From a virus (lineage: Duplodnaviria; Heunggongvirae; Uroviricota; Caudoviricetes): a stretch of 19,196 bases of DNA. The stretch is from the IMG/VR virus record IMGVR_UViG_2534682325_000029, one strand, 5' to 3'. The position numbers and the translations under genes were made by a program. Positions 1 to 7,630 of the stretch are shown in pieces (position 1 is the stretch's first letter; every line of letters begins with the position of its first letter). The notes under the pieces are model-generated. The model had not been told where the DNA came from and did no database searches. It saw nothing but the letters and a program-made list of their open reading frames with translations.

Positions 1-1023
1 TTACTTGGAATATTTTCTTGGAATATTTTCAGGTAACGGGACATCAAGTGTTGGTGAAACTTTAACCTTCCTGTCATAGATTAGCACTTGCCCTTCGGTT
101 TTGTGACCAGAGAAAAGTTGCTTATCCCGGCTGCTTCCTTCATAGTCTGAAATTCCTTTCGCCTTCAGATCATGAAAGGTGAAGTCGGTTAAAATACCTG
201 AAATTTTGCCTGCGTGATTTCTTGCTTCTACCCACATTTCGTTAAAGCCTTTGTACATATATCGGTTGCCGTATTGATTGCTGATTACATAGGCGGATGT
301 TGGTAACTGTTTTGCTTTTTCGATCGCCGCCTGTAATCGTGGACTCCATGCTTTTATCTGTTTTTTCCCTGTTTTCCCTTGCTGGATAAAGATCCCGTCG
401 TTTCCAATCTGCTCCCATTTCAGCGATAACACATCGGAAACCCTCGCTGCACACAGATAGGCAATTTCCATTGCGATAAAAACAGGAAGAGGTGCAACGC
501 TTAATACTGCCTGGTATTCTTTGTCGGTTACATATCGTTCGCGGTTTTTGGCCTTGAATTTACTTACACCTGCACATGGGTTAGCCTTCACGTATCCTCG
601 CTCATACCCCCAACTATAAACGCGCGACATACTGCTTTTTTCATGGTTTGCCTGCGTTTTACTCTGCTCGCCTCTTTTGTCCATGTATCGTCTGATGTGC
701 TCTGGTTTTACAGAATCGGCCAGCACCTTACCGAATACGGCCAGCAGCTTTTTTTGATGTTGCAGATAATCTTTTTGAGTTCTAGGACTAAGCTCGCTGT
801 AATAGGCGCTGGCGAGAAATTTTTCCCACAAACGCCCAAATGTCATTGCGCGATCGCGATGGTTAACCGTTTCTTCATACTTTTTCCATAATGCGGCTAA
901 ACCATCCTCGATTGCAGTTAAGGTTACAGATTCTCTGGATGTCGGTTTCCATACACTATATTTATTGGGGTATACCTTTGGCGGTAATTTTTCGTGTTCG
1001 GGATTTTTCCTTCGTCTTCCCAT
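1..1023 (-). CDS. int: Tyrosine recombinase, lambda-type phage integrase (340 aa)
   Basis: Full-length ORF. N-terminus MGRRRKNPEHEKLPPKVY parallels lambda Int MGRRRSHERRDLPPNLY as recalled from memory. C-terminal region carries HDLKAKG and LIYDRK consistent with the catalytic His and Tyr box. Start overlaps the upstream excisionase stop (TAATG). Confidence 0.88.
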   Translation of the reverse strand: MGRRRKNPEHEKLPPKVYPNKYSVWKPTSRESVTLTAIEDGLAALWKKYEETVNHRDRAMTFGRLWEKFLASAYYSELSPRTQKDYLQHQKKLLAVFGKVLADSVKPEHIRRYMDKRGEQSKTQANHEKSSMSRVYSWGYERGYVKANPCAGVSKFKAKNRERYVTDKEYQAVLSVAPLPVFIAMEIAYLCAARVSDVLSLKWEQIGNDGIFIQQGKTGKKQIKAWSPRLQAAIEKAKQLPTSAYVISNQYGNRYMYKGFNEMWVEARNHAGKISGILTDFTFHDLKAKGISDYEGSSRDKQLFSGHKTEGQVLIYDRKVKVSPTLDVPLPENIPRKYSK

Positions 1024-1226
1024 TAGATCGCACCGAAATCAGGTTCAGCCTCACGTGGTGGTAAAGTTTTTATACAGGTAAACAGTTCCCGACTGACGAT
1101 CGGTTTTCCACTACGATTGGTATAGAACGGAAGCCCATTTTTTATTAACCAGTTGCGCTGGTGGCTTGCATATTTGCAGCCCGTTAACGTTTGCAATTCA
1201 TTTTCGGTTAAAAATATGCTGCTCAT
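1023..1226 (-). CDS. Excisionase-like small DNA-binding protein (67 aa)
   Basis: Small ORF immediately upstream of int and translationally coupled to it by a 1-nt overlap. Size and position fit an Xis/AlpA-type directionality factor. Function inferred from context, not from a recognised motif. Confidence 0.55.
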   Translation of the reverse strand: MSSIFLTENELQTLTGCKYASHQRNWLIKNGLPFYTNRSGKPIVSRELFTCIKTLPPREAEPDFGAI

Positions 1227-1284
1227 AGCTATATCTCACAACCGCCGCTAACTATATGCCGTTAGCGGCGATCCGGGTTGAACA

Positions 1285-3756
1285 TTAAAAATCAGCCTGA
1301 CTCGGGAGCAGTTTTTGCCAGATGGCTGAAACGTATTTTGCCTGGTAACGCGCATCGTGCAGGGCGTTATGGCGTTCACCTTCGAATGGAATAGTCGTTC
1401 TTGCGTCGAAATCCATCACCAGTCCCAGAGCAACCATCGTTCTTACATCGCGATCATTGGTGTAACGCCACGGGCAGGGGATCCCCTGCCGTTCATATGA
1501 ACGGCGTAAAATCACGTTGTCGAAAGTTGCACCGTTACCCCAGACCTGAACAAAAAATTCACCGGAGTTTTCGTCGATAAATTCCCGGAATTGCAGCAGT
1601 GCATCATCCAACGTGATTTCATCGGTCAGAATGGAGGATTGTGCTTCGCGTGACTGTTTCAGCCACCACTTAATGGTGTCCCGATCGATGACCCCACCTG
1701 CGGTTTCCAGATCGATAGTTTTGCTGAATTCTGGCCCCATCTCTCCGGTTGCCGGATCAAAAAACTTACCGGCTATAGAGTTTATTGGCGCATCAGGATT
1801 TTTTCCCATTGTTTCAAGGTCAATCATCAGATGGTGCCACAACCTGCTGGTGGATGAGATTTCATGATGACCGTTCACTTTAATTAAGGGATTTGCTGTT
1901 TCGCCAGTTTTATTATCGCTGGCGTGATACTGATCGCTGCCAGTGTTCTCCTTGTGCAGATGTTCAGTGCCTTCCATTTCCTCCGGATCATTTTTCTGAG
2001 CTTCAGCCTGATTCTCTTCATCGAATGTTTCCAGGTAGGTTGCGTTCCCCATCACCGCACCACAGTCAGGACAGTTGCCGCCACCGGTCTGACCGCATGC
2101 GGTGCAAACTTTTTCCAGTTCCTGTTGCACTGCTGGTTCTGGTTGTTGTTCTTCTGGCCCGTTTTGTTGCGTATCCGGGCTGTTTTGTTCCGCTTCTGGC
2201 TCATTTTGTTTCACGTTGGGCTGATTCTGGTCCTCAGCGTCGCGACTCTGGATCCCTTTCACCCATTTCGGATCATTCGGGTCGCTAATCCCTTCAACAA
2301 ATTCACCACGTGATGCAGCAAGCAATTTATCGGCGTCAGGCTGGCTGATATTGGCTGCCTGCATAATTTTGTTTACTTCGTCAGCGGTAACTTTTACCGG
2401 CTCTGATTGTTCGGAATCTTCAGCGGTATCCACATTTTGCGGTAAGCCCGTGTATGTGCCATTTTTTCGGGCAAAATATTCTTCTTTTGAGATTTCGGTA
2501 CCGCCGGCAGCCAGCGCCTTGTCCAGACCAGAAAGTTTGTTTGCCCTGCCGTATTTTTCCCCGCCCTTATCGGTAAAGACGAAATAAAATGGTCCTTCAC
2601 GCTCTACAGATGGTTCAGCTTCCACCAGGATTTCATTTTTTTGAGTATCGGATTCTGCCGTCTCCACTGGAGCAGTTTGTGCTGCTGACGGCTGGAGAGC
2701 ATCAGTAGAGCTCTGGTCTGTTTCTTCATGTTCAAACACGCCCTTTGTCGTCAGGTATTCACTGATATATTTGTTCAGTGCAACGGGATCTTTGTGAATA
2801 TCGATCGGACGTTCGCGAACAAGGCCAAAAATAGTCTGACGGTCATAGCCAAGTGCTTCGGGCTGTTTGCGCATTGATGCTGAGATACGCTTCCAGTCTT
2901 CGCGATCCTTGTCGATAACCTCATTTGTCGCCCAGCGATGGATGGTACCGTCAATGTTTCCTGCATCCACATCACCGGGCCAGAGGGCGCAGGCCAGTTC
3001 ATTGTCGAGTGTTTTCCATGTCTGTTTGTATTCGCGGCGAATGGCAACAGTGACAGCCCCGGTTTTTTCAGCAGCGTTTTCAGGGTTCTGTTGGTTGACT
3101 CTGGCGCGGGCGAGATCAACAACAGACGTGTATTTTCCGGTTTCCTTGCGTTCACCTTCGCGACGTTTTTTCCAGATGCGCATCTCTGCCTGAATTTCAG
3201 GCCATTTAGCGCCAGGCTCACATTTATGCTTAACCCACCCGATGGCATGCAGTTTAAGTTCAGGATACATGGCGTTAACTTCTGGCATTTTCATCAACGC
3301 TTCAACGATATGTCCGCCGAATGTTGCCATGTCTTCCTGTAGTAATTCCTGTGCGCTAATCACCATATCAACGGTGATGTTTTCGCATGTGTCGAATTTA
3401 ACCAGGACTGCGTTCTGTACTTCAGGGGACAGCTTGTCAAAATTGACGTTCATCGGATCGGATTCTGGTTCGACCGGTACAAAGGAAGCTGACTCCTCAT
3501 CCCAGCGGTTTTCCTGCATATATTCGGTATCCCAGGAATCGAGGGCAGGGCGGGGTATGCCGGGTTTATCCTCGCAGACAATAAATTTATAAGCGCAGTC
3601 CTGAGCTGCCGGGAATTGCTCCAGAAATTGCCAGTGAAATTTTGCGCGTGCGCGACGCTCATCACCGGCTTCAATGGCAGTGGCCACCGCAACAGCGCTA
3701 TCTTCTTTTATGGCCTGTTCGTCAGGAATAGCAGCGCAAATAAAGATTTTACTCAT
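1285..3756 (-). CDS. Large prophage exonuclease (823 aa): RecE-like central segment, Q/E/P-rich linker, CxxC-x8-CxxC zinc ribbon, C-terminal DEDDh 3'-5' exonuclease domain
   Basis: C-terminal motifs MIDLETMG (Exo I, D-x-E), GNGATFDNVIL (Exo II) and HNALHDARYQ (Exo III, H-x4-D with Tyr) are typical of DnaQ-like exonucleases. Central segment DADKLLAASRGEFVEGISDPNDPKWVKGIQ resembles RecE of Rac as recalled from memory. SD GAGGT precedes the ATG. Confidence 0.75.
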   Translation of the reverse strand: MSKIFICAAIPDEQAIKEDSAVAVATAIEAGDERRARAKFHWQFLEQFPAAQDCAYKFIVCEDKPGIPRPALDSWDTEYMQENRWDEESASFVPVEPESDPMNVNFDKLSPEVQNAVLVKFDTCENITVDMVISAQELLQEDMATFGGHIVEALMKMPEVNAMYPELKLHAIGWVKHKCEPGAKWPEIQAEMRIWKKRREGERKETGKYTSVVDLARARVNQQNPENAAEKTGAVTVAIRREYKQTWKTLDNELACALWPGDVDAGNIDGTIHRWATNEVIDKDREDWKRISASMRKQPEALGYDRQTIFGLVRERPIDIHKDPVALNKYISEYLTTKGVFEHEETDQSSTDALQPSAAQTAPVETAESDTQKNEILVEAEPSVEREGPFYFVFTDKGGEKYGRANKLSGLDKALAAGGTEISKEEYFARKNGTYTGLPQNVDTAEDSEQSEPVKVTADEVNKIMQAANISQPDADKLLAASRGEFVEGISDPNDPKWVKGIQSRDAEDQNQPNVKQNEPEAEQNSPDTQQNGPEEQQPEPAVQQELEKVCTACGQTGGGNCPDCGAVMGNATYLETFDEENQAEAQKNDPEEMEGTEHLHKENTGSDQYHASDNKTGETANPLIKVNGHHEISSTSRLWHHLMIDLETMGKNPDAPINSIAGKFFDPATGEMGPEFSKTIDLETAGGVIDRDTIKWWLKQSREAQSSILTDEITLDDALLQFREFIDENSGEFFVQVWGNGATFDNVILRRSYERQGIPCPWRYTNDRDVRTMVALGLVMDFDARTTIPFEGERHNALHDARYQAKYVSAIWQKLLPSQADF

Positions 3757-3851
3757 TGTGTTTTAACCTCATTACAGATTTCAGGGTGAACGAATCCCTG
3801 CCATTGCTGGCATTTTTAATCCGTTGGTATGGCGTTAATATGGCTGGCGGG

Positions 3852-4040
3852 TTATCCAGCCGGTGTTTCGTTATTCAGGTACAGCGATACTTTTTTTACC
3901 GGTAGGCATTCACCAGAAATTTTTTGCTCGTCTCTTGCCTGGAGGCAGGATTCTTTACTGGCATAAATTCCGGTAATAACATTCTGTGATTCACCCGTTA
4001 TAAGAAAAACCGTCATCACCAGTGCAAATGCTGAAGTCAT
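3852..4040 (-). CDS. YdfD-like small protein with N-terminal hydrophobic segment (62 aa)
   Basis: ORF directly downstream of the dicB-like gene with a 4-nt stop/start overlap, mirroring dicB-ydfD order in the Qin prophage. N-terminal MTSAFALVMTVFLITG is hydrophobic. Confidence 0.5.
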   Translation of the reverse strand: MTSAFALVMTVFLITGESQNVITGIYASKESCLQARDEQKISGECLPVKKVSLYLNNETPAG

Positions 4041-4225
4041 TGACGTTCTCCGAAAATACCAAGTTTAATAAGGGCAATTCGGGAAAGAATGGAATTATCA
4101 TTGAGCAGATAAGGCTCATATTTCCGCATATTAATGGCATCCTCAGTAAACGCTTTATTACTGAGCAGAACACCAATATCAAAACAACCTTCAGACGTAT
4201 TAACGTTTGGTAATAACGTTTCCAT
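4037..4225 (-). CDS. dicB: DicB-like cell-division inhibitor (62 aa)
   Basis: N-terminus METLLPNVNTSEGCFDIGV...FTEDAIN closely matches E. coli DicB (METLLPNVNTSEGCFEIGV...FTEDAIN, recalled from memory). Same length as DicB. A DicF-like sRNA lies upstream as in the dicB operon. Confidence 0.75.
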   Translation of the reverse strand: METLLPNVNTSEGCFDIGVLLSNKAFTEDAINMRKYEPYLLNDNSILSRIALIKLGIFGERQ

Positions 4226-4403
4226 TATCGCGTCCTCAACAATGAATTTTGTGATGCAGTGCCTGGTGCCTCCAGGTGACGTTAACCAGTTAACAATTAA
4301 CGTCGGGTTAGTTGATGCTCGTTACGCCAGTAAAAGACCGCCTTACTGCTTTAACTGTTCCGCGTGCGCATAGCCGCATTCACCGCATCACAAAATTCAC
4401 TTT

Positions 4404-4445
4404 AAAAAGGGCGGATATCCATTTCCGCCGAATCACCAGAAAAGT
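4404..4445 (-). ncRNA. dicF: DicF-like small RNA (divergent, shortened variant) with intrinsic terminator
   Basis: Minus strand reads TTTCTGGTGATTCGGCGGAAATGGATATCCGCCCTTTTT. The 5' TTTCTGGTGA matches the DicF 5' end as recalled, and GGCGG...CCGCC plus a T5 run forms a terminator hairpin. Sits immediately upstream of dicB as in Qin. Internal loop is shorter than K-12 DicF, so function is uncertain. Confidence 0.45.
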
Positions 4446-4705
4446 GATAACAGAGGTTGTTGTGGCTGGGGTGTCACTTAAGCGTATGGTCAACCTGACA
4501 ACCCGGTGTCCTCAACGGGGGAAGGAATAACCCCGCCATACTTACCGCCGCGCCATTTCGCGGATTGCCACAACCAGAAGCGCACGGTCGAATTAAATTT
4601 AACGACGACCTATACAGAGAGACTAACTTCGCCGTGCGCTTTCGTGTTATGCCCTGACTTTTCAGGGTAAATTAACCTGTGGAAACCTGTTTTTACTGGC
4701 GCTAA

Positions 4706-4858
4706 TCAGTTAGCGTTTCTTGCTAACCAGCGATGCGCGCCAGCTTCGGTTTTAAACGTTTTACTTCTGGTATACGTCATCGCGGTAAACGTGCCGTCGT
4801 GGTTGGGGAATACTCCGCACACCAGAGATTCATTGTTGCCAAGATTGAGCATATCCAT
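4706..4858 (-). CDS. YdfA-like small protein (50 aa, below the ORF-track size cutoff)
   Basis: Hand-translated minus-strand ORF MDMLNLGNNESLVCGVFPNHDGTFTAMTYTRSKTFKTEAGAHRWLARNAN, preceded by SD GAGGT. First gene downstream of the putative PL promoter, matching ydfA position in the Qin dicB operon. Confidence 0.45.
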   Translation of the reverse strand: MDMLNLGNNESLVCGVFPNHDGTFTAMTYTRSKTFKTEAGAHRWLARNAN

Positions 4859-5038
4859 GTTGACCTCATTTACCCTTAACGCCGGGTCGCGGAACTAAAA
4901 ACCTGCTGCGCTGTTATACAAAGTGTTCCCGCCGTCATGTTCATACGCCTCGGGCTGGCTACTTAACCCCTGACCACTGCCGGGTAACTCGAGGTATTGC
5001 CCGACGTTCTGTGGGGCGAGGTAGGGTGGTATGTAATA

Positions 5039-5083
5039 AATCTAAAAGTATTTAGTTTTTCAGTCAAGGTAAATCTAGATTAA
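5039..5083 (-). promoter_or_regulatory. Putative OL/PL: leftward promoter (-35 TTGACT, 17-bp spacer, -10 TAGATT on minus strand) overlapping operator-like AATCTA/TAGATT palindromes
   Basis: Minus strand reads TTGACT (plus 5062-5067) then 17 nt then TAGATT (plus 5039-5044). Operator-like sites AATCTAAAAGTATTTAG (5039-5055) and perfect palindrome AATCTAGATT (5072-5081) overlap it. Confidence 0.45.
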
Positions 5084-5086
5084 TTT

Positions 5087-5112
5087 AAAAAAAAGGTCGG
5101 CATTGCCGACCT
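5087..5112 (-). terminator. Rho-independent terminator downstream of the cI-like gene
   Basis: Minus strand reads AGGTCGGC-AAT-GCCGACC followed by T8: a GC-rich hairpin plus U-tract located 21 nt after the cI stop. Confidence 0.6.
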
Positions 5113-5132
5113 CAAGTAAAGGACGTGGCGGG

Positions 5133-5780
5133 TTATAAGTTGAACTGTACACCTTTTGCTACGGCAACAATTTTACACTCTGGTGTAAGTAAGGATGACT
5201 GATAGCGTGGATTGAGAGGGCTTAAATACACAAGCTTCCCATCAATAACTAATTTCTTTATAGTCATAGATGGTTCATTTTTAAGCGGATCCGGAACTAT
5301 TACAGCGACGATGCTGCCATTTTTATAACTTTCTCCTGGCCTTAGGATCACAGTAGCACCAACTGGGATACTCGGTGATCCTGATGGGTTATGCATTGTG
5401 TCATCAGGCATTGAAACGGCAAAATCACCTTCCTCGACATCAAAGAATGTGGTGATTCTATCGACATTTCCCATTGTTTTCTCTCCTTTTAAGATTAGGA
5501 AAGAAATCGCCTCACCCCACGAAAGGTAGGGGATCTTGGTGCCTGAGGTACTTTGTACAAAAGATAATTCAGGAGACGATACTCCATATAGGAGATAGGA
5601 CTCAGTAGTTCCTAATGCCTGGGCTAACTTACTTAGAGCTTTGCTACCTGGTTCGTTTAGATCTTTCTCCCAGTACCCTATAGTAACCCCAGTCACGCCT
5701 GAAAGCTTACCCAGTTCTACTTGGGTCAGCCCCTTATCTTTTCTAAGTCTCTTAAGCCTGAAGCCAAGGCTTTCCATCAT
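5133..5780 (-). CDS. CI-type prophage repressor: N-terminal HTH (XRE family) plus C-terminal LexA/S24 peptidase-like domain
   Basis: N-terminal GLTQVELGKLSGVTGVTIGYWEKDLNEPGSKALSKLAQALG is an HTH_XRE signature. C-terminal ~120 aa has the size and layout of an S24 autocleavage domain. Start taken at the ATG ATG pair preceded by AGGAGA; the ORF-track start at 5792 is a TTG. Confidence 0.82.
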   Translation of the reverse strand: MMESLGFRLKRLRKDKGLTQVELGKLSGVTGVTIGYWEKDLNEPGSKALSKLAQALGTTESYLLYGVSSPELSFVQSTSGTKIPYLSWGEAISFLILKGEKTMGNVDRITTFFDVEEGDFAVSMPDDTMHNPSGSPSIPVGATVILRPGESYKNGSIVAVIVPDPLKNEPSMTIKKLVIDGKLVYLSPLNPRYQSSLLTPECKIVAVAKGVQFNL

Positions 5781-5874
5781 TTTCTCCTGCAAATTGAATA
5801 TAAATTATTTTAGATTGCATTGACCTAAAAAAAATTATCTTGTAATCTAAAAATACTTAGATTTGGGAGGTAAA
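5781..5874. promoter_or_regulatory. Putative OR region with divergent PRM/PR promoters and operator palindrome AATCTAA-N6-TTAGATT
   Basis: Intergenic region between divergent cI-like and cro-like genes. Contains TTGACC at 5820-5825, an A/T-rich -10 region, palindrome AATCTAAAAATACTTAGATT (5844-5863) and an extra TAGATT half-site at 5811-5816. Half-sites match those in the OL region. Confidence 0.5.
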
Positions 5875-6102
5875 ATGCGAGTTGATGAACTTGTCCAGTT
5901 TTTTGGTTCTGTTCAGAGGGTTGCCGATTTTTATGGGATAACCCGCGAAGCTATTTACATGTGGCGTAAGCGTCCTGGTGAAATAGTTCCGAAGGGGAGG
6001 GCTGCGGAAGCTGCTGCATACTCCAAGGGGAAATTATCTTTGAACCCAGAACTTTACAAAAAGAAGGATACCACTCAGGGCGAAGGAAAGGGGGATTCAT
6101 GA
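5875..6102 (+). CDS. Cro-like small HTH regulator (75 aa)
   Basis: Divergent from cI across the operator region. Strong SD GGAGG 4 nt upstream of ATG 5875; the ORF-track start at 5863 is a TTG. Size and basic C-terminal tail resemble lambda Cro. Stop overlaps the next gene start (ATGA). Confidence 0.65.
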   Translation: MRVDELVQFFGSVQRVADFYGITREAIYMWRKRPGEIVPKGRAAEAAAYSKGKLSLNPELYKKKDTTQGEGKGDS

Positions 6103-6524
6103 AAATCAAACATGAGCACATCCGCATGGCGATCAATGCCTGGGCCTATCCGGACGGTGAGAAAGTTCCTGCAGCTGAAATAGCCCGGACTTATTTCGAG
6201 CTGGGGATGACGTTCCCGGAACTGTACGACGACAGCCATCCGGAAGCCCTGGCTCGTAATACCCAGAAAATTTTCCGTTGGCTGGATAAAGACACCCCTG
6301 ATGCTGTTGAAAAAATTCAGGCTCTGTTACCGGCGATCGAAAAGGCAATGCCGCCTCTGCTGGTGGCCCGTATGCGCAGTCACAGCTCTGAATATTACCG
6401 TGAGATCGTCGAACGGAGGGATCGGCTGGTGAAAGATGTGGATGATTTTGTCGCAGCGGCGATCGCCTGGGGCACCCTGACTAACAGTGGTGGTCAGCCT
6501 GGTAATGCTGTTGTCGTGCATTGA
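6099..6524 (+). CDS. CII-like / YdaT-like early regulatory protein (141 aa)
   Basis: Positioned where lambdoid phages carry cII, coupled to cro by ATGA overlap, with SD AAGGGGG. N-terminus MKIKHEHI resembles Rac YdaT as recalled from memory; the family assignment needs a search. Confidence 0.5.
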   Translation: MKIKHEHIRMAINAWAYPDGEKVPAAEIARTYFELGMTFPELYDDSHPEALARNTQKIFRWLDKDTPDAVEKIQALLPAIEKAMPPLLVARMRSHSSEYYREIVERRDRLVKDVDDFVAAAIAWGTLTNSGGQPGNAVVVH

Positions 6525-6592
6525 CCAACAATATTCATGCCGGATTTCTTCCGGATGTTCGAGGGTAAAGTTCGGTATCAGATGAGGTGAGT

Positions 6593-7630
6593 ATGGCTAA
6601 TGCCTGGCTCAGATTGTGGCATGACATGCCAAATGATCCCAAATGGCGAACCATTGCCAGGGTCTCAGGACAGCCAATCGCAACAGTGATGGCGGTGTAT
6701 ATCCACCTTCTGGTGAGTGCGTCACGAAATGTCACGACATGTCACGGCGTGTCACTACGTGGTCACATTGATGTCACGACGGAAGATTTAGCAAGTGCGC
6801 TTGATGTGACGGAAGACGTGATTGATTCAATTTTGCATGCAATGCAGGGGCGAGTTCTGGATGGTGATCTTATTTCCGGATGGGAAAAACGCCAGGTGAT
6901 GAAGGAGGATAACGGTAATGTTTCGCAAACCGCAAAATCCCCGGCAGAGCGCAAGAGAGCGCAGCGGGAGCGGGAAAGACTGCGGAAGCAGAACACTGAT
7001 TGTCACGATGAGTCACGACGCGTCACGCATATGTCACGACAAATCACGACAGATACAGATACAGATAAAGAATTAAACCCCACACATAACGCGCGCATGC
7101 GCGAGAGTGCTACGACCGGTGAGTTGAATGACGCGTCGTTGCAGACAGCCGAACCTGAATACCTGGACGGCCTGAGCGAACCGATCGGGAAATTTCCGAT
7201 GACTGGAGTCTGGCAACCGTCGCCGGATTTTCGACAGCGGGCAGCAGTGTGGGGTATGGCTCTGCCTGAGCCTGAGTTTACACCTGCTGAGCTTGCCGCA
7301 TTCCGGGATTACTGGATGGCGGAGGGGAAGGTTTTCACGCAGGTTCAGTGGGAGCAGAAATTTGCCCGTCACGTGCAGCACGTCAGGGCACAGGTAAAAC
7401 CAGTCAGCAAGGGGGTAAGCCATGCAGCACCAGGTGGCACCGCATCACGGGCAGTTCAGGAAATTCGGGCAGCACGTGAACAGTGGGAACGTGAAAACGG
7501 ATTTATCAGCAACGGAAACGGCCTGGAAGCTGTGGGAACTTATGGGGGAGGTGTATTCGAACCGCTGGACCCAGAAGAACGGGGCTGCGCCGTCGAAGCT
7601 CTGGATTGCTCAGATTGGCGCGATGACTGA
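6593..7630 (+). CDS. Replication initiator, O-like, with origin iterons embedded in the coding sequence
   Basis: Position after cII-like gene and before P-like gene. Two clusters of 10-bp GTCACGAC-type direct repeats lie inside the ORF, as lambda ori lies inside gene O. ATG 6593 is preceded by GAGGTGA; the track start at 6587 is a GTG. Confidence 0.7.
   Translation: MANAWLRLWHDMPNDPKWRTIARVSGQPIATVMAVYIHLLVSASRNVTTCHGVSLRGHIDVTTEDLASALDVTEDVIDSILHAMQGRVLDGDLISGWEKRQVMKEDNGNVSQTAKSPAERKRAQRERERLRKQNTDCHDESRRVTHMSRQITTDTDTDKELNPTHNARMRESATTGELNDASLQTAEPEYLDGLSEPIGKFPMTGVWQPSPDFRQRAAVWGMALPEPEFTPAELAAFRDYWMAEGKVFTQVQWEQKFARHVQHVRAQVKPVSKGVSHAAPGGTASRAVQEIRAAREQWERENGFISNGNGLEAVGTYGGGVFEPLDPEERGCAVEALDCSDWRDD
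6719..6780. repeat. Iteron cluster 1: about six 10-bp-periodic GTCAC(G/T)AC-type direct repeats
   Basis: Read directly: gtcacgaaat gtcacgacat gtcacggcgt gtcactacgt ggtcacattg atgtcacgac. Confidence 0.8.
7001..7069. repeat. Iteron cluster 2 (five 10-bp repeats) followed by an (ACAGAT)x3 tandem hexamer and A/T-rich stretch; candidate replication origin core
   Basis: Read directly: tgtcacgatg agtcacgacg cgtcacgcat atgtcacgac aaatcacgac, then agatacagatacagataaagaattaaa. Confidence 0.75.

Noticed and set aside
1613-3592. Several plus-strand ORFs of 78-134 aa inside the exonuclease gene
   Set aside because: All lie antisense within a long, motif-supported minus-strand gene and show no start signals; they are shadow ORFs.
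4441-4705. ydfB/ydfC-like ORFs between the YdfA-like ORF and the DicF-like sRNA
   Set aside because: Only short frames are present (for example a 30-codon GTG-initiated frame and a 21-codon ATG frame) with no convincing RBS, so no call was made.
5863-5874. ORF-track start for the cro-like gene at 5863 (MGGK...)
   Set aside because: That start is a TTG lying inside the GGAGG Shine-Dalgarno; ATG 5875 directly downstream of the SD is the credible start.
6719-7050. Possible CRISPR array suggested by short regularly spaced GTCACGAC repeats
   Set aside because: Repeats are only 10 bp with no spacers of CRISPR length and lie inside the O-like coding sequence; they fit origin iterons instead.
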